Positions 18,650 through 28,767 of a stretch of 64,000 nucleotides of DNA are shown piece after piece (position 1 is the first letter of the stretch; each line of letters starts with the position of its first letter). The position numbers and the translations under genes were made by a program. The DNA is from an uncultured bacterium (GTDB taxonomy: Bacteria > Hydrothermota > UBA3072): positions 9,609-73,608 of the forward strand of contig CAYQMH010000003.1 in NCBI GenBank assembly GCA_964418485.1, read 5' to 3'. The notes under the pieces were generated by a model that saw only the letters and a list, made by a program, of their open reading frames with translations, ran no database searches and had not been told where the DNA came from.

Positions 18650-18678
18650 TTGACACTTTGATACAAATATGATAGGTT
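18650..18678 (+). promoter_or_regulatory. Sigma70-type promoter of the xseB-ispA-dxs-lpx operon, probably leaderless
   Basis: TTGACA-N17-TAGGTT with TGn extension, then 6 nt to ATG 18685. Confidence 0.6.
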
Positions 18679-18684
18679 GTAGAT

Positions 18685-18924
18685 ATGAAATTTGAAGAAT
18701 CGTTAAGTCGTCTCGAAGAAATTGTTAAAAATTTAGAAGAAGGAGAGATTTCTCTTGAAGAATCCCTGCCTTTGTTTGAAGAAGGGATAAAACTTCTGAC
18801 AAAACTCAAAGATTACCTCTCTACGGCTGAGAGCAAGATAGAAAAATTGATAAAAGATAGTGAAGGAAAATTCAAGACCAGTGGATATAGAGAATTATCT
18901 AAAAACCTGGAAGAAGAAGGTTGA
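18685..18924 (+). CDS. xseB: Exodeoxyribonuclease VII small subunit
   Basis: FEESLSRLEEIVKNLEEGEISLEESLPLFEEG; xseB-ispA-dxs synteny. Confidence 0.95.
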   Translation: MKFEESLSRLEEIVKNLEEGEISLEESLPLFEEGIKLLTKLKDYLSTAESKIEKLIKDSEGKFKTSGYRELSKNLEEEG

Positions 18925-19756
18925 CAGTAAGTTAGACGAATATCTGCCCCGGGAGGAAGAGTACCCGTCCCTTTTACACAAAGCAATGAGGTACTCAGTC
19001 CTTGCCGGAGGGAAAAGAATAAGAGCTATCCTTATGATAACCACTTATTCTCTCTCGGGAGGAACCAAATTCGATGAAATAATGCCTGTTTCTGCGGCTA
19101 TTGAGTTCATCCATTCTTATTCGCTTATTCATGATGATCTGCCCGCGATGGATGACGACGATTACAGAAGAGGAATTTTAAGCTCCCACAAAAAGTTTGG
19201 AGAAGATATTGCTATCTTGGCAGGTGATGCTCTCTTTTCACACGCTTTTTATGTAATAGCTCATAGTAATGTCAAAACAGATTTAAAAGAAAGGACACTT
19301 CAGGTGCTCACAAAAGCCATTGGCAATAAGGGAATTATAGGGGGTCAGATCGAGGATGTAAATTCGAGTTCTGACAGTAAAGACCCAAAGCTTCTTAGAT
19401 ATATACACTCTCATAAAACAGCTTCTTTTTTTTCTGCAGTCTGTGAAATCGGGGCAGTTCTTGCTTCTGCGTCGGAGGAGAAAATTTTAGCTTCAAGAAA
19501 GGGAGGGCTTTTAATTGGTATGGCTTTTCAAATACAGGATGATATTCTGGATGTCGAAGGCAAAAAGGAAGAAATGGGCAAAGAAGTAAAGAAAGATGAA
19601 AATAAGCTGACATACCCATCGGTTTACGGGGTTGATTTCTCAAGAAAAATAGCGAAGAAATACAGTGTACTTGCATTAAAGCAATTAAGCATTCTCGACG
19701 CGGAAAATAAAATATTTGAAGATTTGTCAAACTTTTTACTCGGACGGAAAAATTAA
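18881..19756 (+). CDS. ispA: Polyprenyl diphosphate synthase (FPP/GGPP synthase, IspA-like)
   Basis: GGKRIR, HSYSLIHDDLPAMDDDDYRRG (first Asp-rich motif), FQIQDDILD (second). Start probably GTG 18881. Confidence 0.92.
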   Translation: MDIENYLKTWKKKVDSKLDEYLPREEEYPSLLHKAMRYSVLAGGKRIRAILMITTYSLSGGTKFDEIMPVSAAIEFIHSYSLIHDDLPAMDDDDYRRGILSSHKKFGEDIAILAGDALFSHAFYVIAHSNVKTDLKERTLQVLTKAIGNKGIIGGQIEDVNSSSDSKDPKLLRYIHSHKTASFFSAVCEIGAVLASASEEKILASRKGGLLIGMAFQIQDDILDVEGKKEEMGKEVKKDENKLTYPSVYGVDFSRKIAKKYSVLALKQLSILDAENKIFEDLSNFLLGRKN

Positions 19757-19757
19757 A

Positions 19758-20198
19758 ATGGTCTCAAATTTATGGCGTCTTTTTTTACTTCCTTACCTGA
19801 GTGGTTTGTTATGCCAATTGATAAAAATCTTTAACCACTGGATAATGAGGAAGCGTTTTAATTTTACGTTAAAAAATCTTTTAGAGTTAGGTGGTTTGCC
19901 AAGCGCGCATTCGGCGGCTACCATAACGTTAACTACTTTAATAGCTGTATATTACGGAATAGATTCGCCTTTATTTATAATTTCCTTGTTTCTTTCAATA
20001 TTCATAATGGGAGAAGCGTTTGTGGTTCGAGGAGTTATAAGTCGGCACTCGGAGTTAATAAAAAAGTTGGCGGAAATAAACCCTGAAGAAGGAATTGATA
20101 TTACATCTTTTCCTGGCAAAATTGGTCATACTCGCCTGGAAGTAATAATGGGAGTAATATTTGGGGTTTTCTTTGCTCTGGCGTTTGTAGGTATTTAA
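19758..20198 (+). CDS. Divergent PAP2-family (DUF212) membrane protein
   Basis: GGLPSAHSA and GHTRLEVIMG motifs; usual position between ispA and dxs. Probable ATG 19758. Confidence 0.85.
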   Translation: MVSNLWRLFLLPYLSGLLCQLIKIFNHWIMRKRFNFTLKNLLELGGLPSAHSAATITLTTLIAVYYGIDSPLFIISLFLSIFIMGEAFVVRGVISRHSELIKKLAEINPEEGIDITSFPGKIGHTRLEVIMGVIFGVFFALAFVGI

Positions 20199-22061
20199 AT
20201 GTTACTTGAAAAGATTAATTCACCCGAAGATTTGAAAAAATTGTCGATAAAAGAACTTAAAAATCTTGCTTCTGAAATGAGGGATAAAATAATCGATGTT
20301 GTGGCAAAAAACGGTGGGCATCTTGCCCCCAATCTTGGGGTTATCGAGCTAACAATAGCCCTCTTAAGGGTATTTGATCCTCCGTACGACAAAATAATCT
20401 GGGACGTTTCACATCAAGCCTACGGCTACAAATTACTGACAGGAAGAAGAGAAGGATTTGAGACTATACGTAAGTTCGGAGGATTAAGTGGTTTTTTGAA
20501 AAGAGATGAATCGATTTACGATGCCTTCGGAACGGGACATGCAAGCACCTCCTTATCAGCCGCTCTGGGTTTTGCTATTGCCAGGGATAGGAAGGGTGAA
20601 GATAACAAAATTGTGGCTGTAATCGGAGACGGAGCCTTGACAGGTGGAGTAGCTCTGGAAGGGTTAAATCAGATAGGTTATCTTAAAAAAGATATGCTGG
20701 TCATTCTTAACGATAATGAGATGTCTATAGCAAAGAACGTGGGCGGATTTAGGGAGTATTTAACAAGGCTGCAGTCAGCCGAAATTTATAATCTCATTAT
20801 GGAAGATGCCTGGAGTCTTCTTGAGAAATTGCCCGTGGGATTAAATAAAAAAGCGCGAAGAGCCGCAGAAAAACTGCATATCGGGCTAAAGAACTTAATT
20901 GTTCCTAATATTATATTTGAAGAGCTGGGTCTTTCTTATTATGGTCCAATTGACGGGCATAATATAAATGAGCTACTTATGATACTTTCTAAAATTAAAA
21001 AAATAAAGAAAGCCAAACTCCTGCATGTTATTACGGAAAAAGGTAAAGGATACGAGCCTGCGTGCAAAAACCCGGCTCTTTTCCATGGTGTAGGACCTTT
21101 TGAATACGAAACCGGTGAAGTTATAGAAAAGAAAAGACAAAAAACATATTCGCAAGTGTTCGGGGAAGCAATTCTTAGTGAGGCAGAAAAGAATAAGGAT
21201 ATAATTGCAATAACGGCAGCTATGACAGAAGGTACTGGTCTCACGAAGTTCAAAGAAAGGTTTCCCGAAAGATTTTTTGATGTCGGTATAGCGGAACAGC
21301 ATGCTGTGACATTTGCCGGGGGGCTTGCCGCTGAGGGTTTGCGTCCGGTATGTGCAATATACTCGACTTTTCTCCAGAGAGCATTTGACCAGATACTCCA
21401 CGACATAGCGCTGCAAAAATTGCCTGTAATTTTCTGTTTAGACAGGGCTGGTTTTTCGCCCGGAGATGGTCCCACACACCACGGGACTTTCGATCTTTCT
21501 TATTTAAGAATGATACCAAATATTGTAGTAATGGCTCCCAGAGATGAAGTGGAGCTCAAAAGAATGTTAAAAACAGCTCTTCTTAATACCGAAGGACCAT
21601 CGGCGATACGCTACCCAAGAGGACAATCCGTTGGAGTAAAGAGCCCTCGCGAAATACAAGCTATTCCTGTTGGCAAATCAGAGATCTTAAAGAAAGGGGA
21701 GGATACTCTTATATTAACTTTAGGTCCAATTACCTATGAGATACTTGAAGTCGCCCGAGAAATAGATAACTTTAATCCGACAGTGGTTGATGCCAGATTC
21801 GTAAAACCTTTGGATGAAGAAACGATCTTGAATCTTTCGAGAAAAAGTAAAAAGATAATAACGGTTGAAACGAACGTTTTGAGTGGAGGTTTCGGTAGCG
21901 CAGTTTTAGAACTCTTAAGCAGAGAGTCCTTAAAAAAAGAAGTTTTGAGAATAGGTATACCTGATAGCTTTATCGAACATGGAGAAGGGGATAAACTCTT
22001 TGAATCTATCGCCATGGATAAAGAAAGCCTAAAAGATAGAATCAAGGAATTCGTGAAATGA
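20199..22061 (+). CDS. dxs: 1-deoxy-D-xylulose-5-phosphate synthase
   Basis: GGHLAPNLGVIEL, GDGALTGG...LNDNEMSI, FDVGIAEQH, YSTFLQRAFDQ. Confidence 0.98.
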   Translation: MLLEKINSPEDLKKLSIKELKNLASEMRDKIIDVVAKNGGHLAPNLGVIELTIALLRVFDPPYDKIIWDVSHQAYGYKLLTGRREGFETIRKFGGLSGFLKRDESIYDAFGTGHASTSLSAALGFAIARDRKGEDNKIVAVIGDGALTGGVALEGLNQIGYLKKDMLVILNDNEMSIAKNVGGFREYLTRLQSAEIYNLIMEDAWSLLEKLPVGLNKKARRAAEKLHIGLKNLIVPNIIFEELGLSYYGPIDGHNINELLMILSKIKKIKKAKLLHVITEKGKGYEPACKNPALFHGVGPFEYETGEVIEKKRQKTYSQVFGEAILSEAEKNKDIIAITAAMTEGTGLTKFKERFPERFFDVGIAEQHAVTFAGGLAAEGLRPVCAIYSTFLQRAFDQILHDIALQKLPVIFCLDRAGFSPGDGPTHHGTFDLSYLRMIPNIVVMAPRDEVELKRMLKTALLNTEGPSAIRYPRGQSVGVKSPREIQAIPVGKSEILKKGEDTLILTLGPITYEILEVAREIDNFNPTVVDARFVKPLDEETILNLSRKSKKIITVETNVLSGGFGSAVLELLSRESLKKEVLRIGIPDSFIEHGEGDKLFESIAMDKESLKDRIKEFVK

Positions 22062-22867
22062 AAGAAAGAACTATAAGAGCTAATATTGAATTTTCCGGGG
22101 CAGGCGTTCATACCGGAAAAAAATCAAGGATATTACTTAAACCGGAAGAAACCGGCGGAATAAGATTTGAAAAGAATGGTAAAGTAATCCCCGCTACACT
22201 TGATGCGGTAAAATTCTGCGATCGTGAAATTACTCTTTCAAAAAAAGGTGAAAATGTAAGAACAGTAGAACATCTTATGAGTGCTCTTTATGCTTGTAAG
22301 ATCGATCACGTTCAAATAGAAATCCAAGGAGGTGAGGTCCCGGCTCTTGACGGTAGCGCCTACCCTTTTATCTCCGGAATCGAAAAAACAGGCATAAGGG
22401 AATTAAAGAGCGAGAAAAGCAAAAGGTACATTAAAAAAAATATCCTTGTTGAAGGTAAAGGGTGTTTTGCTTCCGCTATGCCTTCGAAAAAACTCGAAAT
22501 ACGTTATATTATTTCCTATGATCATCCTTTACTTTACTATCAGGAATATATTTTTAACGGAAAATCTGATTTTAAAGAGGTTGCGCGTTCTAGAACATAC
22601 GGGTTACTTTCCTGGAAAGAAGAACTGAATAAAAAAGGATTTGCACTCGGCGCATCGGAGGAAAACACTTTAATTTATACGGATAAAGGAATATTGAATA
22701 AAGCTCGTTATTCGGATGAAGCTGTAAGGCACAAAATAATGGACTTTTTGGGAGAACTATATCTATTTAAACCTGTTCCTGTGGGACGATATTTTGTTTT
22801 TAGAGGAGGCCATTTATTGCATTTTCAGTTAATAAAAGAAATAAAAAGGAGTGAAGATGAAATTTGA
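22058..22867 (+). CDS. lpxC: UDP-3-O-acyl-N-acetylglucosamine deacetylase
   Basis: GAGVHTG, TVEHLMSAL, EVPALDGSA, ARSRTYG, RHKIMDFLG. Confidence 0.93.
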   Translation: MKERTIRANIEFSGAGVHTGKKSRILLKPEETGGIRFEKNGKVIPATLDAVKFCDREITLSKKGENVRTVEHLMSALYACKIDHVQIEIQGGEVPALDGSAYPFISGIEKTGIRELKSEKSKRYIKKNILVEGKGCFASAMPSKKLEIRYIISYDHPLLYYQEYIFNGKSDFKEVARSRTYGLLSWKEELNKKGFALGASEENTLIYTDKGILNKARYSDEAVRHKIMDFLGELYLFKPVPVGRYFVFRGGHLLHFQLIKEIKRSEDEI

Positions 22868-23297
22868 TATTAAAAAAATACTTGAAATCATGCCTCATAG
22901 GTATCCTTTTCTTTTAATTGATAAAGTTGACATAATAAACGAAGATGAAATTGTAGGCATAAAAAACGTAACTTATAACGAACCTTTTTTCACTGGACAT
23001 TTCCCCGGTGATCCTATAATGCCGGCGGTTTTGATAGTTGAATCTATGGTTCAGGCTGGTGGGTTTCTACTTTTTAATAAACTTGAAGATCCTACGAAGT
23101 CAAATGTTTATTTTACGTCTATTAATAAAGCAAAGTTCAGAAAACCTGTTCGCCCGGGAGATATTCTGGAACACAAAGTAAAACTTACGGCATTTAGATC
23201 CAATTTTTGCAAATTGGAAGGAAAATCCTTTGTGGAAGGAGATTTAGTCGCTGAGGGCTCATTCGCGGCAGCTATTGTAGAAAGAAAGGGAGTCTAA
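22857..23297 (+). CDS. fabZ: 3-hydroxyacyl-ACP dehydratase
   Basis: MPHRYPFLLID, NEPFFTGHFPGDPIMPAVLIVESMVQ, KFRKPVRPGD. Confidence 0.96.
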   Translation: MKFDIKKILEIMPHRYPFLLIDKVDIINEDEIVGIKNVTYNEPFFTGHFPGDPIMPAVLIVESMVQAGGFLLFNKLEDPTKSNVYFTSINKAKFRKPVRPGDILEHKVKLTAFRSNFCKLEGKSFVEGDLVAEGSFAAAIVERKGV

Positions 23298-24055
23298 TGC
23301 AAGGAGAAATTCACCCGGAGGCAGCAATAGCGAAAGACGTTCAAATCGACTCAAGCTGCCGGATCGAAAAAGACGTTATAATAGGAAGCGGTACCACAAT
23401 AGCTAAAGGGGCTATTATAAAGAATGGCGTCCGGATTGGTGAGAACAATGAAATACATCCTTATGCAATAATAGGTGATACTCCGCAGGATAAAAGCCCG
23501 AAAAAAGAAACCGGAAAAGTCATTATCGGAGATTCCAACATAATCAGGGAATTCACAACAATCCATTTGCCTGTAGGAGAAGAAACGGAAACCAGAATAG
23601 GAAACGGAAATTACCTAATGGCATATTCTCACGTAGCTCATAACTGCAAAGTGGGAAGCAACGTTCTGCTTGTAAACGGAGCAACCCTCGGAGGTTTCGT
23701 AGAAGTCGAAGATTTCGCTTATATATCGGCGTTCGTTCCGGTCCACCAGTGGGTTAGAATTGGAGCTTATTCAATAATAGGCGGGGGCCTCCGAATAATA
23801 AAAGACTTAATTCCTTTTGCGATGGCGGCCGGTTCACCCCTGCGTGTTGTTTCTTATAACTCCCGGGGACTAAGAAGAAACGGATTTTCAGGCGAACGAA
23901 TAGACGAGATAAAAAAAGCTTTCCGAATACTGTTCGGGTCGAAACTCAATACAAGTCAGGCTGTAGAAAAACTAAAAAACGATTTTAAAAATAATAAAGA
24001 CATAGAACGTATTATCAAGTTCATTAATAAATCCAGAAGAGGAATAATAAAATAA
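23297..24055 (+). CDS. lpxA: UDP-N-acetylglucosamine acyltransferase
   Basis: Hexapeptide repeats; IGDTPQD, IREFTTIH, MAYSHVAHNC, VHQWVRIG; follows fabZ. Confidence 0.95.
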   Translation: MQGEIHPEAAIAKDVQIDSSCRIEKDVIIGSGTTIAKGAIIKNGVRIGENNEIHPYAIIGDTPQDKSPKKETGKVIIGDSNIIREFTTIHLPVGEETETRIGNGNYLMAYSHVAHNCKVGSNVLLVNGATLGGFVEVEDFAYISAFVPVHQWVRIGAYSIIGGGLRIIKDLIPFAMAAGSPLRVVSYNSRGLRRNGFSGERIDEIKKAFRILFGSKLNTSQAVEKLKNDFKNNKDIERIIKFINKSRRGIIK

Positions 24056-24082
24056 TTTTCGATGTTTGCTTAAGTTCAAAAG

Positions 24083-24736
24083 ATGATAAACATTCATTCT
24101 CTAATAGACCATACAAATTTGAAACCCAGCGCAAGCGAGGAAGACATTAAAAAATTATGTGAAGAAGCACTGAAATATAATTTCAGAGGGGTATGCGTAA
24201 ATCCCGTCTGGGTTCCCTTTGTTTGTGAGTGTCTGAGAAATAAAGCAGTAAAAATAATTTCCGTTTGTGATTTTCCGCTGGGTTCTTCACTCTCTGCCGC
24301 CAGATGTAAAGAAACGGAGTTAGTAATTAAGAGCGGAGCCGAAGAGGTAGATATTGTAATGCAAATACCTCTCTTAAAGAGTAAAAAATACAAGGAGATA
24401 GAAAAGGATGTCGAGGAAATTGTGAATATTGTACATCCAGGCAAATTGCTTAAAGTAATAATAGAAGCCCCCATCCTATCGGACGATGAAGTTTTGTCTG
24501 CTATAAAAGTTGTTGAGAACGCCGGAGCTGACTTTATAAAATCCGGCACAGGCACAAACGGTCCGGTTACCGTTGACCAAATAAAAAAGATAAAAAGGTC
24601 AACGAAACTTCCGATAAAAGCATCCGGAGGTATAAGAAACATTGATTTCGCTTTAGAACTTATAAAAGCCGGTGCTTCAGTCTTGGGAAGCTCAAGCTCA
24701 CTCGAAATAATAAAGGGTCGCGTTTCTGGGGCTTAA
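24083..24736 (+). CDS. deoC: Deoxyribose-phosphate aldolase
   Basis: IDHTNLKP, DFPLG, GAEEVDIV, LKVIIE, GADFIKSGTG, IKASGGIR. Confidence 0.95.
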   Translation: MINIHSLIDHTNLKPSASEEDIKKLCEEALKYNFRGVCVNPVWVPFVCECLRNKAVKIISVCDFPLGSSLSAARCKETELVIKSGAEEVDIVMQIPLLKSKKYKEIEKDVEEIVNIVHPGKLLKVIIEAPILSDDEVLSAIKVVENAGADFIKSGTGTNGPVTVDQIKKIKRSTKLPIKASGGIRNIDFALELIKAGASVLGSSSSLEIIKGRVSGA

Positions 24737-24757
24737 CTTTAAAAAGCTAAAAACTAA

Positions 24758-26977
24758 CTAACGCTTTTTCTTATATTTTATTCCGGAAAAGACAAAAAGA
24801 ACAACCGTAAACATCAAAGCCGACGAAGCCAAAACTAATCCCATATAGAAACTCTCCGGTCTGAAAAGGAGTCTTACTTTATGTTTGCCTTTGGGAATAC
24901 GTATTGCACGGAAGAGATAATTGGCACGAATTATGGATGTTCTTTTTCCGTCCAGGTAAGCTTTCCATCCCGGGTAGTAATGTTCTGAGAGAACGAGATA
25001 ACCATCTGATATTAGATTAACATCCAATTCTATATTTTCTGCCTGATAGACAGTTATATTAACACTATCTTTCCCTTTCTCTAAAGTTTTATTTAAATCG
25101 TTAATTGTTGTTTCTTCAGGTATGATAACTTCTTTCGATGGTAAAAACTCGTCGGATTTCATGTATGATATAATAAGGGAATCCGGCAATTGTTTCTCCT
25201 GGTGGACTATCCATGCACGCGGAAGATATGAATTTCTTTCGTTTAGATATATGGACCTGCTACCCGATGCAATCGTATCCCTAACCACGTATTTTACATT
25301 ATAAAAATCCAAATATTTATTCTCTTGATCCTTGAATGCCTTTTCGAATTCGCTGAAATTTCCCAGTTTATTTGCTACGTGACCATCAAGTGCTTCCAAT
25401 CTAAACATTAGAGATCGTGAATTTGCATAAAAATAACCATACCGGGGAGAATCTATCCTGCTTTCTCCGATTTTAGTTTCTTGTTGGAGAAACCGGATAA
25501 GTTGATTTCTATTATAATAATCAACATCAGGGTTCATTTCCTTTCCGCTGAAATAACTACCCATAACAAAAAGATCCAAAAACAGAACAGTGATAGCAAT
25601 AATTTGAAACCAATGTGAAGGTATTTTTCCCCTACTTGTAAAATATACAAGGGAAAAAGAGATAAGTGAAAATATACCGAAGAGAAGGAGGCTTAGAAAT
25701 ATAGTATTGTGCTTGTATGATTGTAAACCGGTCTCTGGATAAAAAGCGGTAGAATGCCATATCAATACTGCAACAATAATAATAAAAGCACCTATTGATC
25801 CATAAGATGATATATTTTTAAAATGTCCTTTCTTTAAATGAACCGATAGAAAATCAAGCGTGAAAGACGAAATAATGGCAGATGCGAAGACAAAAAAAGG
25901 CATAAATCTTACATGGAATCTTAAACCAGGCAAGAAGATGCCAATCAAGCTATGTAGAGGGTTGTATTTCCCGTACATAAATATAAGAGCAAAGCCCAAT
26001 AAGTAAAAGAAAAAACGTATTCTTTTCTTATTGAAAACCTTGTATGATAAACCGAGCAACAGCAGGCTGATAACTCCTAGGTAAGAACTATATTCGACAA
26101 ACATCCAGAATGACTGATACCCTCCCCAGTAATCGTAACTTGCAGTCCCTTTTCCAAATATATGTGGAGTAAAAAGTGCTAATATAGTTTTAAATGGAGC
26201 GTAGCCGGGAACGACTTCCCGGGTTCTTGCACTGAGCAATGAATATTCTAATTCAGGTATTATTCTTGGAGCAGCGATAAATAATCCGACCGTAATAACG
26301 GCTATAGCAAGGAGTAATAGTTTTTTTCGCTCTTTTGAAGTAATTATTTCGTATAAAAGGAAGAATGCAACAACCCATAAGAGGTAAAAATAAAATTGAA
26401 TATGCGAACCTAAAATAGATATTCCTATAAAGAGACCTGAAAGCGAGGCCCAGAGCAAATTTTTTTCTTTAGATGTTTTCATTAGGGAATAGAAGATAAT
26501 GGGAATCCATATAAGTCCGGTTAGTTCTCCCGTATGTTGTGTTCTTACTACAGTTGGTAGACTAAAAGAGAATAATATCGAGCCGAATAGTGAAGAAATT
26601 TTCGAAACGCCTAATTCCTTCAAAAAGAAGTAGGTGGCGATACCTCCCAGCCATAATTGGAATAGTAAAGATATTTCAACGGCATACGATGAAAGGTGGT
26701 TGTTTCTAACAAATAACGATAGTACAATTGTAAAGGGATAAAGGAAGAAAGAAGGATGGGAGCCGATTAACGGATAACCTCCATAGATGTATGGTATCCA
26801 CAATGGGAGCTTTCCGGAACGGAGTACTTCTGCCATATAGGCTCTTCTGGGATATTCTACAATAACAAAATCAAACCAAAAAAATAATTGTTTTGCAAAA
26901 ATTTTCCTGAAAAATATTAAAAGTAAGATCGTAAAAACAATAATTACGATTATATTACTCTTTTTTTTCTTCAACAC
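24758..26977 (-). CDS. YfhO-family polytopic membrane protein (GT-C-like glycosyltransferase)
   Basis: PLWIPYIYGGYP N-terminal loop, many TM helices, C-terminal LVLSEHYYPGWKAYLDG...RANYLFRAI. Confidence 0.85.
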   Translation of the reverse strand: MLKKKKSNIIVIIVFTILLLIFFRKIFAKQLFFWFDFVIVEYPRRAYMAEVLRSGKLPLWIPYIYGGYPLIGSHPSFFLYPFTIVLSLFVRNNHLSSYAVEISLLFQLWLGGIATYFFLKELGVSKISSLFGSILFSFSLPTVVRTQHTGELTGLIWIPIIFYSLMKTSKEKNLLWASLSGLFIGISILGSHIQFYFYLLWVVAFFLLYEIITSKERKKLLLLAIAVITVGLFIAAPRIIPELEYSLLSARTREVVPGYAPFKTILALFTPHIFGKGTASYDYWGGYQSFWMFVEYSSYLGVISLLLLGLSYKVFNKKRIRFFFYLLGFALIFMYGKYNPLHSLIGIFLPGLRFHVRFMPFFVFASAIISSFTLDFLSVHLKKGHFKNISSYGSIGAFIIIVAVLIWHSTAFYPETGLQSYKHNTIFLSLLLFGIFSLISFSLVYFTSRGKIPSHWFQIIAITVLFLDLFVMGSYFSGKEMNPDVDYYNRNQLIRFLQQETKIGESRIDSPRYGYFYANSRSLMFRLEALDGHVANKLGNFSEFEKAFKDQENKYLDFYNVKYVVRDTIASGSRSIYLNERNSYLPRAWIVHQEKQLPDSLIISYMKSDEFLPSKEVIIPEETTINDLNKTLEKGKDSVNITVYQAENIELDVNLISDGYLVLSEHYYPGWKAYLDGKRTSIIRANYLFRAIRIPKGKHKVRLLFRPESFYMGLVLASSALMFTVVLFVFSGIKYKKKR

Positions 26978-27030
26978 GTTCGTAACTGAAGTCTTATTAG
27001 ATGTTTTAATATATACCTGCTCCCTTCATG

Positions 27031-27960
27031 TTATTCACGTTTCTCTTCAATAATATATAAAGGCCTATCTTTTACTTCGCCATAAATTCTTCCTATGTAC
27101 TCGCCTATTATTCCCAAAGTGATAAGTTGAACACCCCCAAGGAAAAGCACTATTACTATAGTCGAAGTCCAACCGGGAACTACTTTATTCAAGACGAACC
27201 TGGAAATGATTGCCCAAATTAAGTATAAAAAAGCGAATATCGAGGTTGTGAATCCGACAAAACTGGCAACTTGAAGAGGTTTAATAGAGAACGAAATAAT
27301 ACCGTTTAAAGCGAGTTTCATGAGTTTCCAGAATGAATACTTGATTTCTCCTTTATAACGGGGTTCTCTGATGAATTCTACGCCGGTCTGCCTGAAGCCC
27401 ATCCAACTGGTGAGTCCCCGGATAAAACGATATTGTTCTTTTAAATCCCTTAACCTTCCTGTTATGTTTTTATCCATAAGTCTATAATCGCCAGTATCCA
27501 TAGGTATTTCGACTTCGGAAATAGCTCTTAGGAAACGATAGAAAACCCAGGCAACTCCTTTTTTTATAACTGTTTCACCTTTTCTTGCTTTTCTGACAGC
27601 ATAAACTACCTTATATCCTTCTTTCCATTTCTCTATCAACTTTGGAATAAGTTCCGGAGGATCCTGGAGGTCTCCATCCATAGTTATTACAGCTTCGCCT
27701 TGTGCGTGATCTATTCCGGCAGAGATTGCTGTTTGATGTCCAAAGTTACGTGATAATTTTAAAGCCTTCACATGGGGATTGGTTGCATGTATTTTACTTA
27801 GCATTTCCCATGAGGAATCGGAACTTCCGTCATCAATGAATATGATTTCATAACTCCCTTCTATATTTTTGAATACGTCGACTAATTTTTTAGATAGAAC
27901 AGGGATATTATCCTCTTCATTATAAATCGGTATAACTACACTGTATAAAATTTTATGCAT
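27031..27960 (-). CDS. GT2 polyprenol-phosphate glycosyltransferase (GtrB/YkoT-like, two C-terminal TM helices)
   Basis: SVVIPIYNEE, DDGSSD, LSRNFGHQ, MDGDLQDPPE, GDYRLMD, GEYIGRIYGEVKDRPLY. Confidence 0.92.
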   Translation of the reverse strand: MHKILYSVVIPIYNEEDNIPVLSKKLVDVFKNIEGSYEIIFIDDGSSDSSWEMLSKIHATNPHVKALKLSRNFGHQTAISAGIDHAQGEAVITMDGDLQDPPELIPKLIEKWKEGYKVVYAVRKARKGETVIKKGVAWVFYRFLRAISEVEIPMDTGDYRLMDKNITGRLRDLKEQYRFIRGLTSWMGFRQTGVEFIREPRYKGEIKYSFWKLMKLALNGIISFSIKPLQVASFVGFTTSIFAFLYLIWAIISRFVLNKVVPGWTSTIVIVLFLGGVQLITLGIIGEYIGRIYGEVKDRPLYIIEEKRE

Positions 27961-28018
27961 TCTAATTTTTCTCTATAATATATAATGCCACTGACTTGTC
28001 AAGTATAAACACATTTTT

Positions 28019-28765
28019 TCAATAAGCCTTTTTTCCTACCGCAAGAACGCTTAACCCATAAGGATATGTTAGCGATTTCTCCAGTAATGTATTTTCGAGT
28101 TTTAGCAGATATAAGAGAACTTTGTTTATAATATGGGGTAATTGAAACAATTGATCTTCTTTTCCCCCGGATATTTTTGATGTAAAAAACTGAAGAATTC
28201 TAAGGAAGCTTATTGGTATAAATAGACTAAAATTCCAATAAGAGGCTCTAACAATTGTGAAGTTACTTTTTTTCAGGTCATCTAACAATTTTTTTCTTGA
28301 ATATCTTCTATAATGGTAATTAACTTCATCGTGTTTGCTCCATAAAAAATTGAAAGCCGGAACAAATACAATCAAGATTCCATTTTTTTTCAATATCCTA
28401 TTCCATTCACTAAGTGCGATACTATCGGTTTCTATATGTTCTAACACGTCTGATGCAATCAAAACATCGAATGCTCTATTTTTAAATTTAGTATCAGCAC
28501 AATCTCGTATAAATGTGTCTTTCATACCTTTTTCCCTACATTTTTTAATAGCTTCCTTGCTGATATCTATACCCGAAATATTCTTAAATCCTTTTTTTTC
28601 TAAGAAAGTAATCAAATGCCCGCTGGCACATCCAAGATCCAGAATTTTACAATTATGATGGACCTTCATATGGCGTAATAGTTTGAAAATCATGTCTCGG
28701 CGCGCCCTAAACCACCAGTAATCTTTTTCTAATTTGTGATATTTCAGTTCGTATTGTTTATCCAC
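28019..28765 (-). CDS. Class I SAM-dependent methyltransferase
   Basis: YWWFRARR, ILDLGCASG, SDVLEHI, VPAFNFLWSKHDE; a type often found in glycosylation clusters. Confidence 0.9.
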   Translation of the reverse strand: MDKQYELKYHKLEKDYWWFRARRDMIFKLLRHMKVHHNCKILDLGCASGHLITFLEKKGFKNISGIDISKEAIKKCREKGMKDTFIRDCADTKFKNRAFDVLIASDVLEHIETDSIALSEWNRILKKNGILIVFVPAFNFLWSKHDEVNYHYRRYSRKKLLDDLKKSNFTIVRASYWNFSLFIPISFLRILQFFTSKISGGKEDQLFQLPHIINKVLLYLLKLENTLLEKSLTYPYGLSVLAVGKKAY

Positions 28766-28767
28766 TG

